Assembly (NCBI RefSeq): GCF_003918875.1
Contig: NW_025765736.1
Span: forward strand, 682,001 to 746,000
DNA: 64,000 nucleotides
Reading direction: 5' to 3'
Origin: Haliotis rubra
Lineage: Eukaryota
Below are positions 1-13,169 of the stretch, in pieces; the first letter of the stretch is position 1; every line of letters starts with the position of its first letter. Both the position numbers and the translations under genes were made by a program. A model generated the notes under the pieces. The model did no database searches. It was not told the origin of the DNA and saw only the letters and a list, made by a program, of their open reading frames with translations.

Positions 1-1760
1 CTGACCATACTACATATGCAGTGATGCCGGTATACTTATTGACTATACTACATATACAGTGATGCCGGTATACTTACTGACTATACTACATATACAGTGA
101 TGCCGGTATACTTACTGACTATACTACATATACAGTGATGCCGGTATACTTACTGACTATACTACATATACAGTGATGCAGGTATACTTACTGACTGTAC
201 TACATATACAGTGATGCTGGTATACTTACTGACTGTACTACATATACAGTGATGCAGATATACTTACTGACTATACTACATATACAGTGATGCTGGTATA
301 CTTACTGACTGTACTACATATACAGTGATGCAGGTATACTTACTGACTATACTATATATATACAGTGATGCAGGTATACTTACTGACTGTACTACATATA
401 CAGTGATGCAGGTATACTTATTGACTATACTACATATACAGTGATGCAGATATACTTACTGACTATACTATATATACAGTGATGCAGGTATACTTACTGA
501 CTATACTATATATACAGTGATGCCGGTATAATTACTGACTATACTACCTATACAGTGATGCAGATATACTTACTGACTATACTACATATACAGTGATGCT
601 GGTATACTTACTGACTGTACTACTACATATACAGTGATGCAGGTATACTTACTGACTATACTGTATATACAGTGATGCAGGTATACTTACTGACTATACT
701 ACATATACAGTGATGCAGGTATACTTACTGACTATACTGTGTATATACAGTGATGCAGGTATACTTACTGACTGTACTACATATACAGTGATGCAGGTAT
801 ACTTACTGACTATACTATATATACAGTGATGCAGATATACTTACTGACTGTACTACCTATACAGTGATGCAGGTATACTTACTGACTGTACTACATATAC
901 AGTGATGCAGGTATACTTACTGACTATACTATATATACAGTGATGCAGGTATACTTACTGACTGATGCAGGTATACTTACTGACTATACTACATATACAG
1001 TGATGCAGGTATACTTACTGACTATACTACATATACAGTGATGCAGATATACTTACTGACTGTACTACATATACAGTGATGCAGATATACTTACTGACTA
1101 TACTACATATACAGTGATGCCGGTATACTTACTGACTATACTACATATACAGTGATGCAGGTATACTTACTGACTGTACTACATATACAGTGATGCAGGT
1201 ATACTTACTGACTATACTACATATACAGTGATGCAGGTATACTTATTGACTATACTACATATACAGTGATGCCGGTATACTTACTGACTGTACTACATAT
1301 ACAGTGATGCAGGTATACTTACTGACTATACTATATATACAGTGATGCAGGTATACTTACTGACTGTACTACATATACAGTGATGCAGGTATACTTATTG
1401 ACTATACTACATATACAGTGATGCCGGTATACTTACTGACTGTACTACATATACAGTGATGCAGGTATACTTACTGACTATACTATATATACAGTGATGC
1501 AGGTATACTTACTGACTGATGCAGGTATACTTACTGACTATACTACATATACAGTGATGCAGGTATACTTATTGACTATACTACATATACAGTGATGCCG
1601 GTATACTTACTGACTATACTATATATACAGTGATGCAGGTATACTTACTGACTATACTACATATACAGTGATGCAGGTATACTTACTGACTATACTACAT
1701 ATACAGTGATGCAGGTATACTTACTGACTATACTACATATACAGTGATGCTGGTATACTT
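1..1760. repeat. 38-bp minisatellite (TATACTACATATACAGTGATGCAGGTATACTTACTGAC)n
   Basis: Directly visible tandem array running off the left edge of the window, upstream of the first coding exon of CABIT gene 1. Confidence 0.95.
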
Positions 1761-1939
1761 ATTTACTGACGCTACTATGCATACAGTTATGTAGGTATAA
1801 TACGTTACTGACTGTATTACATATACTGTAGCGATAATTACTTACTACATATCTGTGTAGGTACTATGTACATCATTGCCGCGTTCTTTACATAAAAGAA
1901 TGAAATCTGTTTAATACGTCGACTGTTTTGCAGGGCCAG

Positions 1940-4900
1940 ATGGAGAGGATTTTACAGTTTGAAACCAATGAAGAAGGCTATCCTATGCCGGAGTTCTTTG
2001 ACCGGTACTCGAAAAGGATGCCAGTGTTTGCTGTAGTCACGCAGGGTTGCCTTGGGGTAACCGATCTAGAGACATTCGCCTCTGAGCAGGTGAGACGTAC
2101 ATACCCTCTGCTAATACGCCTACAACTGACCTTTTAACAGATTAAATATGAACATATGTAGGATGAAAAGCCGACGTTTGGGAGGAAATAAAATGTATTA
2201 GTTTCCCAGTTTCCTAGAATTTGTCATCTTTTCTCAAAACGTCGTGTATTAATTTGTAATACGTGTGTTGTATCTTCAAAGGTTCTGGACATTGTCAAAC
2301 TCGAAAGCAAAGTTGATACGTTCAGCTCTTTAAAATTTGCAGATTATGCATTTAAGCAAGCATAAGGCATAAATTGTGTTCCTTTCACCCCCCCTGTGTC
2401 CCCTTGAGTTCAAGCCCTAAATCTGTCAACTTTTATTTACTCATTTCTATCCCATACAGCCTCTGTTCTGCCACAGCTACGTCAAACAGAGGCGAGTGGT
2501 CGCGCGGGACTCACGTGGCAGGACAATCAGCATCCCCGAGGAGTACCCCATGAAGTTCAAGATCGTCATATCCAGAAGTAAAGGTGTGAAAGTCACTCTT
2601 GAACAATGAAAACAAAAACAGCTCATGCCAATAATTCAAATCAATGATTTATATATGATTCTTAACTTTGTCAGTAGGGTGTGGTCACGTATAGACAGCC
2701 GATATCAATGTCGACTTAACCGATCAATAATCATTCAATTATCGGAGCAATCATTCCACTCCCATCTCCACCCGCCTTTCCAGCTAATTCTTCTTCAGGG
2801 TGCCGATCCACAAAGCGTTCGTAGCACTGCGACATTCGTAACCTTAAGATAAACTATAGAGTTACAACAGGTCGTAACGTTACGAATGCTTTGTGGATCG
2901 TAACCCTGCTCCAGCAAGAAAACCGCAACTGTTTCCGACCTCACATATACGTCCACGGCCGCATCTTGCCTCACGCCCACAAGAAAGCTTTGATCCAAGT
3001 AAAAGATCAAACAGACAGCAGTGTAACTTGCCGGTAGTAATAAATGTTTGTTTCTAAAAATATATAATACTTCATTCTTGAGAGGAGGATATTTTTATCT
3101 CAATACACATATGTCAAGTATACATTTGAAAAGAATGACATGTTTTATGATACCTATAAAACGTGGAGAAGTATGTATCTGTGATTTATGAGGCTTTTGT
3201 TTCTTGCCTATATCAGCTCAACATCTTGGGGAATACTTACAATGATGACAATATTGGAGGAATTTTGATTCTGTGAATTCTTTTCAACGTGATCGGTTCC
3301 TGACATACATGTACATGGAAGTTAGCGACTTATTTCAATGATTACCTGATTCTGTTAAGTAGGTAAGGTCTCTGATTCACTGACTGTCCTGGTTTTTTAA
3401 TGATTCATATGAATTTGAAAGGATTGAAAAACAAAACATTTGCACCAGATCACAAATTGTTATTTTTCCCTGATCAGTAGTTAAGTTTACATAAGCTACA
3501 AGCAATAACTCAATTTCCATGATATGATATCATAGAAAAGGTGGTGAAAAAATAACTAAAGCTATTTCTCAAGCGTAATACAGATTTAAGAAGACTAGAC
3601 AGTTCCTTGTGAAACTCTTGTTGTTTCAGTGGGGCCAGAACAGACAATGAAAGAGATCCTGCGTGAGAACAAACTGCCAGTGCAGGTTAAGTTTGCTGCT
3701 CCCTCCAATGTTGCCTTCTATGTGGGGTCTAATCGACAACAGGCCAAGGACCTCAGTAATCTCGCACTGTCACGTATCTACGAGGAGACGTACATCCTGG
3801 CTAGTGGCGTCTATGGGCGTACGTCTAATTACTGCCTGCTGAAGAAGTATAAAACAGTTCCTCGAATAACGATTTTACTATCTTACGTTGACCATTCACA
3901 ACACAATTATATGTACCGATAAAAAGGATCGCAAAATTCTAGATGTAGCATTTAAAAGTTTGAAAATTTTAACTCTTTACCTGGTTTCTTATTCCCGGAA
4001 TAATAGATGTTTTAGTTAATATATCTAAAGATAATACCATGTCCATACTTACTTCTACACCTGAAGCTGCGGTAGTGTGGGCTAGTGGTTAAAGCGTCGC
4101 TCGTCACGCTGAGGACCCAGGTGTCATTCCCCACATGGACACAATATCTGAAGCCCATTTCTGGTGTCCCCCGCCGTGGAATTGCTAGAATATTTCCAAA
4201 AGCAGCGAAAAACCCAACTCATTCACTCAAAATCTGACTTTTCAAAAGACAGAAGACAGTTTCAAGAGCTTTTATTTCAATTGATCTTAGTTAAATGTTT
4301 TGAATATAGAGCTATAATGCAGCCCTCTCACCTGTCCAGGTACCGTGGATAAGCAGGTGTTGGTGGTGCCCCTATACCTCGGTGACCTGCAGGTGTCCAC
4401 AGTGAAGGGCGTGGTCGGTATGAAGGATGCGGAGTGGAAGACCATGTATGCTGAACTAACACAGTCTCTGAAAGATGTCAAAGTTCCTCCCAACTTGGGA
4501 AATAATGGTAAGATACTATAAGCCTTCACTGTCGGAGCTCCCCAGTTGGATAAAGTGAGTGAGTGGGTGAGTTTAGTTTTACGCCGCACTCAGCAATATT
4601 CCAGCTGTATGGCGGCGGTCTGTAAATAATCGAGTCTGGGCCAGACAATCAAGTGGTCGACAGCATGAGCATCGATCTGCGCAATTGGGAACCGATCACA
4701 TATGTTAATCAAGCCAGCGAGCCTGACCACCCGATCCCGTTAGTCGCCTCTTACGACAAGCATGGGTTGCTGAAGGTTCATTCTAACCCGGACCTTCACG
4801 GGTCAATTGGATAAAGAGTGTTTGAATGTGTTTGTCTGTTTTAAGACGCTTTTAATGCCTATTCTTTGAGAAGTAAAGGAGTTTCACGTTAATATTAACA

Positions 4901-7262
4901 GTATTCTGTTACCTCACTGCGTGTCAGGGGCGGTAGGGTAGCCTAGTGGTAAAAGTGTTCGCTCGTCACGCCCTAGACACGAGTTTGGATTCACCACATG
5001 GGTACAACATCTGCTGACGTCCATTTCCTCTCCGAATATTGCTAAACCAATATTTACCCAACTCACAGTGTGTCATACCCGTGAAGGTCCGGGTTAGAAT
5101 GAACCTTGAGTAACCCATGCTTGTCGTAAGAGGCGACTAACGGGATCGGGTGGTCATTCTCGCTGGCTTGGTTGACACATGTCATCGGTTCCCATGCAAT
5201 TGCACAGATCGATGCTCATGCTGTTGATCACTGGATTGTCTGGCCCGGACTCGATCATTTACAGACCGCCGCCATATAGCTAGAATATCGCTGAGTGCAG
5301 CGTAAAAATAAACTCACTCACTCACAGTGTGTCAGTTTACAGGCAAGGTGAGGCAGGTCGAAGATCGCTTGATGTCCCAGCGATGGGGCAGACCCAGGAG
5401 CGATTCATGGCACAAGTAGGGGGACCAACAGAATAGATTTGCGTCTCTTCATGCCACTCTATGCGTTGCTCTGCACAATTCGTCATCAGGTTGCTAACAT
5501 TGCTAACCTTGTGTCGATTCATCATCATTGTATGTGTAGTAAAGCCTGTTCGGGTGTACCCCTTGGCGGCGTACACTAAAGAGGGTTTGACTGAAAGTCC
5601 AAAACTTGTCCATCGGGGATAAACGGCAAGACATCGTTGCCAAAACATTCTGTTTATTCAGATTAAAATTCTCTGTAACGACTCTGTATCCCAATGTTCT
5701 GCGTGTGATTCACGTGCTTGACCAAGGCGTTTTTATAATGGACATGTGGGGGACATTTCCAAAATTTACGCATTGATCAGTGACACAGATTCCCTATTTT
5801 GACCGTGGTTCAGGAGGAAAATGGAGGTGATTGTTTCTGATAGATTGGGCACTGAACGCTCATCCTTTGGTCTCACACACCTGATATTATCACTATTCGA
5901 TTCATAAACACGTGATAAAGCAAAGCTCTCCTCTTAACAGACATTTTTATTACTATTTTATTGATTGGAGGGGCGGTGGGGTAGACTAATGGTTAAAGCA
6001 TTCGCTTGTAACGCCGAAACCCGGGTTCGATTCCCCACATTGGCACAGTGTGTGAAGCCCTTTTCTGGTCTCCCCGCCGTGATATTGCTGGAATATTGCT
6101 AAAAGCAGGATAAAACTAAACTCACTTGCTCACTTTATTGATTGGATATGAAGAGAATCTCACCCGAGTGTCTTTTGATATCAAATATATCACCACGAGT
6201 TGATAAAGTAACAAATATCCGAGGCTTGCCGAGGATATTTTTACTTTTATCAACGAGTGTTGATATTTGATATCAGAAGGCACGAGGGTGAGATTCTATT
6301 TATCATAAAAACTCACTCTTCATTAGTTTTCAATGAAAAATGTACATCTCTGAGCACAGTACTGCCATTAGATTTGCAGTGCAGCGATGTCATGACATTG
6401 TGACGTCAACAAGTTCATGACGTCATAGCATTGTCAGGGCATTGTACAAAATCTGTCAAAACGATATCTCCTAGGAGATATCGTCTGATCTCACACAAGA
6501 GATATCTACTGTGGAACACAGTTTTGGATGATAAATTCACACATCTGAGTTCATGTTTTTACTTCTTCGTGTGGTCTTGTGTGTGTCGTTTTAAATGTTT
6601 TTTTAAAACCACATTTCAGAGATAGCAGTGTTTTCGGACAGCTCCGTGGTAGATAAAGAGGACCACATCTATTGCTACGTGGAGCCTGCAGAATATATCA
6701 CCTACTCTCTCTCCTGTCACAAGACGGCGCCAGTGATGCTGAAAAGTACGCTACTCCATACTTCCACAAGAGACATCCACTCAAAGGATCCATGATATCC
6801 GAGCTACAGAAGAAATTAATGACCACAAAAACCGAAGAAAATACACATAGATGGAGTGTAACAAAGGCCACAAGGAGTATCAGTTCAAGCAGTCAGGATA
6901 CCAGCTGCAGACCGAAACTTCCCCCACGATCGATCTCAGTACCTGATGCAGGCGATGTTAATATGAGCCGGCCACAAGGGACAGTGAGTGGTAATACCCC
7001 AGTGCCTGAACTACCACGGCGTAAAGGTAGTACCAAACAGGTGCCCAATCACTTGAAAGACCTCACGATAGAGGGGTTTTCTAAGGCTCTCAAGGAACTG
7101 AAACTGGTCAAACATGTTTCAGCTTTTCGAAATCAGCAGGTAGATGGCACACTCGCAAACGAATTTACAAATGATGTATTAAAGACCGATTTCAAACTGA
7201 CAGGGTTTGAATCCGTTAAGCTTATGAAATTTATCAAGACTGGACACATACCACGTGAATGA
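1940..7262 (+). CDS. CABIT-domain / proline-rich / SAM-domain adaptor (GAREM/THEMIS-like), paralog 1; frameshifted in last exon
   Basis: Exons with GT-AG sites and consistent phases: 1940-2089, 2460-2583, 3630-3818, 4340-4507, 6620-7262. Spliced protein has CABIT-like motifs (PVFAVVTQG; GRTISIPEEYPMKFKI; LPVQVKF; VLVVPLY), PKLPPR/PELPRR and a C-terminal SAM-like domain (LKDLTIEGFSKALKELKL...FRNQQVDG). Exon sum is 1274 nt (3n+2) because of an extra TC at about 6706-6713. The frame is open 5' of the ATG, so an upstream coding exon is possible. Confidence 0.8.
2796..2908. mobile_element. Short palindromic MITE (PIF/Harbinger-like)
   Basis: Imperfect TIRs CAGGGTGCCGATCCACAAAGC ... GCTTTGTGGATCGTAACCCTG. 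Confidence 0.55.
4067..4230 (+). mobile_element. tRNA-derived SINE, family A
   Basis: A/B-box-like head GCTAGTGGTTAAAGCG..., tail GCGAAAAACCCAACTCATTCACTC. Other copies at about 4926-5066, 5970-6135, 10628-10789(-), 14391-14540, 24935-25050(-), 25450-25600, 26758-26920, 29223-29365, 34825-34990, 40316-40405(-), 43841-44005(-). Confidence 0.85.
4554..4804 (-). mobile_element. Non-tRNA short retroposon, family B
   Basis: Head ACCCGTGAAGGTCCGGGTTAGAAT...GTCGTAAGAGGCGACTAACGGG, tail GCGGCGTAAAACTAAACTCAC; flanked by a TTGGATAAAG duplication. Confidence 0.85.
5077..5325 (+). mobile_element. Non-tRNA short retroposon, family B
   Basis: Full-length copy with TSD-like CTCACAGTGTGTCA on both sides. 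Other copies at about 15582-15825, 27204-27365, 31170-31470, 37320-37510(-), 56110-56350, 57278-57350(-). Confidence 0.85.
5970..6135 (+). mobile_element. tRNA-derived SINE, family A (full length)
   Basis: GGGGCGGTGGGGTAG...GGGTTCGATTCCCC B box, CTCA tail, TSD-like TTTATTGATTGGA on both flanks. Confidence 0.85.
6149..6303. mobile_element. Long imperfect hairpin element (possibly Crypton-type non-autonomous)
   Basis: Arms of about 75 bp (AGAATCTCACCC...GGGTGAGATTCT) around ATATCCGAGGCTTGCCGAGGATAT. Confidence 0.5.
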
Positions 7263-8099
7263 AACCTCAAACAGGTTAAAATAGTAACAGATGGACAGAC
7301 CAATTGCAAACGTTTGTATTTATGCATTTTTTATATATTTTTTTTCACTTAGATTAACATTGTCAAGATGTTATACATAGAATGTCAGTGCAAAAATACC
7401 AAGTCAGGTAAAGGGAATATAGCTGTGAATAATACATGAATGGATAATGGACACCTGGTGTCAATGATGACACCAGGTGTTCGGGAAAATCCCAGTAATT
7501 ATGACATCAATAGAAGACAATGGGAGCCTCGCCAAATCCAAAGTTGCGTGATCCGCGAGTCCGTCATTCTGTGAAGGTTTTTGTCACACAGTCCTGTCAA
7601 ACAGTCTTTCCGCCTTCACCATCTGTTGCGTATGCCGTTTTATTACCCACGTGGTCAACATATGGGTAGTCGTAAAGACTTGACCTGAGATTCTAACGAC
7701 TTGATTGGATGACCTCTCAGTTAGGTCACGTTGTGACGGAACTACTTGTTCATTCATAACAAACACGTGAATTCATTCATTCCACAACTTACATGCATTG
7801 TGGGAATGTAAACATTGCGAACGTTGCCGTATCGCTGAATAATTGTGAGTCGAACTGAGACATTATATCCGTCGAAAAACATAAACGCAATGTTTCCAAC
7901 CAGTGATGTTAGCCGAGTGAAGCAATTGCAAACCAGGAAAAGGGGTGCTGCGGAGTAGTTTACTGTAGGAGGCTGTACGAGGCGAGGACAACTGACATGC
8001 ATCGTGACGTCCGTTAGCAAGGGGACAGACGAGACTGGCGTAGTGACGTCATTACAGTGTGACGTCATGCAAAAGTGACTACAGTACAAAATTCTTCCG

Positions 8100-9305
8100 C
8101 AACCTCTTTATGAAACCGCACACTCCGGCACAGCGATGACTTAACATAATATCACTGCCACAGGCTTATTTGCATATCACGTGACCGGACTTTTCTCTTG
8201 TTTATAATCAAACGCGCATATTCATAATAAGCACTGTCCTCAAGGTATTGGATGGACATAATAATATTGAGACATATTATTGATTAATTGAAGCGCTTAC
8301 TTCGTACAATGCATTTATGCACATGTCTAAAGATATTTTCATTGATAGTATTTGACAGAGCAGGGTTGCCGTAAAGAATGGTATCAATGTCTAACTGAAC
8401 TTTTGATAGTTCAAAGTCTTTCTTCAGATCAAAACGGCAACTGACAAATTTTGGACATTTTAAGAAGAAATGGTTAGCATCTTCCACCGGAGCACCACAA
8501 TTGCAAGCTCTACTCTCTGATAGATTAACACGAAACAGATCTGCTTGTAATGAACTACACGAATGTCTTAACTTCGTGTGTAGTATATTTGTCTTTCTTT
8601 CACCAAATAGAAAATATTTTGGAACCTTGTCATTATTTCCAGATAACTTTGATTTAAACGATGATAATGAATTTGTACATTGTGTTGTAGAGGAGAGAGC
8701 ATTCCATAAACTTGCAGAATCATAGATAAATGACTTTTGGAGAATTGAGGTGCGAAATTTAGGAACAGCCAAATCTGATTTGTTACGCCAGTTTCAGTAA
8801 AAGGTGGAAGTAAATCTATCAGGTAATCAGGAGCTTGCATGTTAAATTTTTTGAAGAATGTACAGAGTTTCCTTTGTGTTCGTCTAACTTTCAATGGTAA
8901 CCAACCAGTTTCACTGTATAAACTATATCTTGAAGCGAATTTAGGCAATCCGGTTACAATTCGTGCTGCTTCAAGTTGTAACATTTCAAGTTTATCACAA
9001 ATATAGCTAGGGCAATTATCCCAGACCTCAGATGCATATTCTAAAATAGGCCTAATATACATTTCGCACATACTAGTAAGGATATATCTAGGTAATACGT
9101 ACTTTAGCGTCCGTAATGAGGAAACAATTTTTGCGGCCTTTTCTATTACAGCAGATACATGATGAGACCATTTTGTATTATCTGAAAAGATGACACCGAG
9201 GTGTTTATGTTGATGTACACGTTCCAAATGTTCATTATTGAAAATCAAGTCAGGAACTTGTGGACAATTTCCATTTTTAAAAAGCATGAATCTGGTCTTG
9301 TTCGG
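8100..9305 (-). mobile_element. CR1/L2-group LINE, 3' fragment (RT C-terminus, frameshifted)
   Basis: ORFs 8568-9287 and 8284-8772: HKHLGVIFS..KWSHHV, RPILEYASEVWD, CNCGAPVEDANHFFLKC. Confidence 0.9.
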
Positions 9306-9400
9306 AACTCTGAGTAGGAGAGTGATCAGTTTGAAACCATAACAATAACAAAAATACGTTATTTTGTCAATTTAATGCATGTAATACGTGGGTAATAAAT

Positions 9401-9553
9401 AAAATACCACACTCGGTCTCATTACATACGAATTATACATAACTCGTGACCTTCGTATGGTTCCTGACCTCGCTTTCGCCCGGTCAGATACCATAGGAAG
9501 GACACGAGTTTCGTATAATTCGTATGTAATGAGACCTCGTGTAGTATTCTCTA
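9401..9553. mobile_element. Long imperfect hairpin element
   Basis: GGTCTCATTACATACGAATTATAC ... GTATAATTCGTATGTAATGAGACC inverted arms. Confidence 0.55.
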
Positions 9554-11200
9554 TGTAGAATGTATGTGAGTAGCTGGCTAGACCAGTGGTCTGAGGTATA
9601 GAGGTCTTGTGTAATGGGTTGACGCCCTTTGATGGTGCATCCGGAGTTACTGAACTATCGAGAACTAAGGAAAATTTGCCGGTGCGTGCTACAATTATTT
9701 AAGAGCTTTGAGTGATATTGTACCACTCTCTTCCGTTGTCTGTGCTGTTATGATTGTTGAAAGTTATTAATAATGTTGGCCTTTGCACATACAGACGACC
9801 TGCGTGTAGACACGTTATAATGGTCTGTCCCGTAACTCGTACTCCAGTAGTTTGATGGAAGTTTAAATAAATATAATTCGTCTTTCTAGTTCGATTTCGT
9901 CTTGTATCGGATCAATCGATTGTGTCTTCTTGTCGTTGATCATTTTTGTTTCTTAGTCTGCTAATTACAGACAAAAACATTAAACATATTGGTCACCCAG
10001 TCCGACTTCCAGTTTCCAGCGCTGATTTAGCCCCTTGGTTTGTAAAATTTACCGTCCGGGAACGGAAACCGCATATCCGTCATTGACAGTCACTTTTATA
10101 ACGTAAGAGATTGGGGTTTTTTGAAAACTGACCGGAAGGTGAGGTTTCCGGATATTTGGGGTCCGGGTAAACGGGGTCGCACTGTATGTCAACATCCTGT
10201 TGACGTTCTGCATCGCTAGTTTATACACAAACCATGAATGGAATCAAGTAAAACATAACTATATAATAAGAAGAATCAGTACGAGTAACAGAAATAACGA
10301 TAGAAGAGTTTAATCGATATACCTTGAAAGCGTCAAAATCAGAAATTATCACTCTTGTACTCAAATCCAACATTTTCACGCAACCATCTTTGCGTGTTGA
10401 TTGGCTGACAAACAGAAAACTTTGTAACATAAGCAGACGAATTTCTTGAATTCGTCACGATGTGTAAGTCAAAATATTTCGTAAAATGTAAATGCAAAAC
10501 CGTACACGTTTTTTCTTGTCATAAATACCATTTAATGACTTGCGTTCTTTATATTCAATCTGTAAACATTTGGACACCTTGTGCACGCGTGGCGAAACAA
10601 GTTCTTCTTGTAACTTGTTAATATGAATGAGTGAGTTTAGTTTTACGACCCTTTTAGCAATATTCCAGCAATATTACGGCGGGGGGACACCAGAAATGGG
10701 CTTCACACATTGTACCCATGTGGGGAATGGAACTCGGATCTTCGGCGTGACGAGCGAACGCTTTAACCATTAGGCTACCCCACCGCCCCTGTTTGTATAT
10801 GAATCACTATGTGGTTATTCGGTGCAGGCAAGGCCGTCTAGCATGTCGGATCAGGGAGAGATAGTTTTGTTGTCTTCCTTATCAACAGGCCAGGTATACT
10901 CCACCCTCTGTACACACAAACACACTGGCGAGCAACTTCCGCGTTGCACTGTTACGTAATCCTCTTTGGGGCTGAGAAGTGATTTGAACGTGCCCCTATT
11001 GAGTGCATGTATGATAATGAGCCAGTCTCACGCTCTGTTGTGAATATGTCAAATGGGTTTTGAATGCATGCACCCAAGGTGTATATTTGAGCTGTCCTAC
11101 CGGTATATGCAGTAAACAACAACCAGTGAGCCATGTAGGCCCAGCCAGCACACTGGGAGATATGATCTGACAAGGGCAGGGGAGATAAGCATACAGAATA

Positions 11201-12021
11201 AACTGACGTGCAAAAGAAAGTACACAGGTGTAATTGTTGTTGCAATCCCACATATGCGTTCTAACTAATAAAGTTATTGAAAAACATTGATTGTATAGAA
11301 TGCAACCGTCATGTTTCATTTGCCAAAATGCAACCAAAAACATGTGTACGCGTTTTGCACGAATTTTTGCAAAATTGTGATTATTGTCCCATGCACCAGC
11401 ACTTTTCTGACAGAGACTATAAAACCTGTTTGTCGTGAAGACTGAACAATCACTTGACAGAAATCTCACGAGGAAATAAGATCGATGTCGGCGCAACGAG
11501 AACGGGCCAAAGGAATGACACAAATGGGTGCTTTCAACAGCGATATTGCAAGGACATTGGGTTGCACAAGACAAACCATAATTCGGCTGTTTAACCGTTT
11601 CAGTACGACAGGCCAGACATGTGATCGACCCAGAAGTGGACGTTCCAGAATCACAACACCCCAAGAGGATCGCTATCTGCGGGTTATTCACCTACGCAAC
11701 TGGATGTTGACGGTGGCGTCATCAGCAGCCACATCATTGGGTCATCGCGTAAGCCGATTCACAGTGACAAGACGACTTCGTCCTGCTGGCATGTATGGGC
11801 CTATCGACCGCTGCGTGGAATGGCCTTGACCTTCCAGCATCGTAGGAACCGTCTGCAGTGGTCATCACTACATCGCTGTTTATTGTTACAATGTCATTTT
11901 GCTGATAAAACACGTGTATTGCAGTGTGGTTCAACATACATTTTCCATTTCATCAAAATGTTTTGTTATTTTTATCTTATTGGAAGAAACACAACCTGTG
12001 TGCTTTCTTTGCACATCAGTT
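11201..12021 (+). mobile_element. Internally deleted Tc1/mariner transposon
   Basis: TA-flanked TIRs AACTGACGTGCAAAAGAAAG / CTTTCTTTGCACATCAGTT. ORF 11485-11829 encodes the Tc1 HTH region (DIARTLGC...DRPRSGRSRITTPQEDR); the DDE domain is missing. Confidence 0.85.
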
Positions 12022-13169
12022 TATATGGGCTAAGTGTACAGCTGTAGTTGTCGCTTCAATAGCATCCTGTAGTACAAGGTAATACTCCGTAACTGGAAAT
12101 AATGTTGATGAGCATTTTAAAATGTGTTAACAACTGGAAAATTCTAAAACCTTTTAGAATGTATAATTTGATCTACATTACCTGGATAATGACCACATCC
12201 AACCTCAGATGTATCCAGGCCAACAACCATAATACCATGACTTCAGTATATACTGGATTGTGACAAGTTCATTAAAGTCATTCAGTGGTATATAATCACG
12301 TTATATACCCTCTGAGTTTCCAACACAGTACGTTTATCTCCTAATTGTAAGTATAATTGTATGAAGAGGCAGTTTTTATCACATGGAAGAAATTGTAAAG
12401 AGAAACAGTGCAACAGATTGGTCAGCTGACCTAGATTAAATCTTGTTAACTGTAGGCATCAAAACATCCTCCACGATAAACTTTTCTTCATCTCGGAGAT
12501 GATTCAGATTGATAAACTATACACGCAAAGGACGACGCCTTGAAGGCGGGTCACTTTCCCTGAAGGGGAGGTAACTCGTGGAATGCTGTTATTAGGTCAT
12601 CTTCTACCGTGTCAGTTTGAGATCTCAGATAAAGATAATCGATTTACTGAGTTTCTTTTCTCTTGTTTTAGTAATCCTCAAAATAAGCAAAAATGCCAAA
12701 TGACTATCTTCGTTTCATTACTAATCTAATTAATACATTCGTCACAGTATCCACTCTTTCAAGTATTACATGCCCCTTTGTATTTATGTTCCGTGGATTG
12801 ACTTCCCGTGTCTTCTCGGTTATTTCAAAACGGACGGTTGTTTGGGGCACAGGGAGATGGAGTTAGGTACTCGTATACTATGATCGGGGGTAAGAATCTT
12901 AGGTTTAACCCGGCTGTTAGGTTTCAAACTCTCTCACTCATGTAAATGTAAATTAACGCACGACTGCAGAGCTAAATAAATAATGGTACAAGAAAACAGC
13001 CTCTCGGCACTGACCAGTATGTTCCAGGAATGCCAGGTATACGGATAATGATACACGAGAGGAGATGATGGTGAATAACCTAATGGGGGCAAATACGGTG
13101 CAGTCCTCCCATAACGTAGAGGAATGAATATATGAGATGTGCCTGTACGTTTTTGTGTTGACATCTGTC

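Noticed and set aside
1-1760. CRISPR-like appearance of regularly spaced repeats (also 28199-29220 and 48275-49816)
   Set aside because: No unique spacers and no cas genes; these are head-to-tail minisatellites in a eukaryote.
9554-9970. Possible solo LTR (also about 12390-12750 and 44118-44580)
   Set aside because: TG...CA ends are plausible but no TSD or partner LTR could be confirmed.
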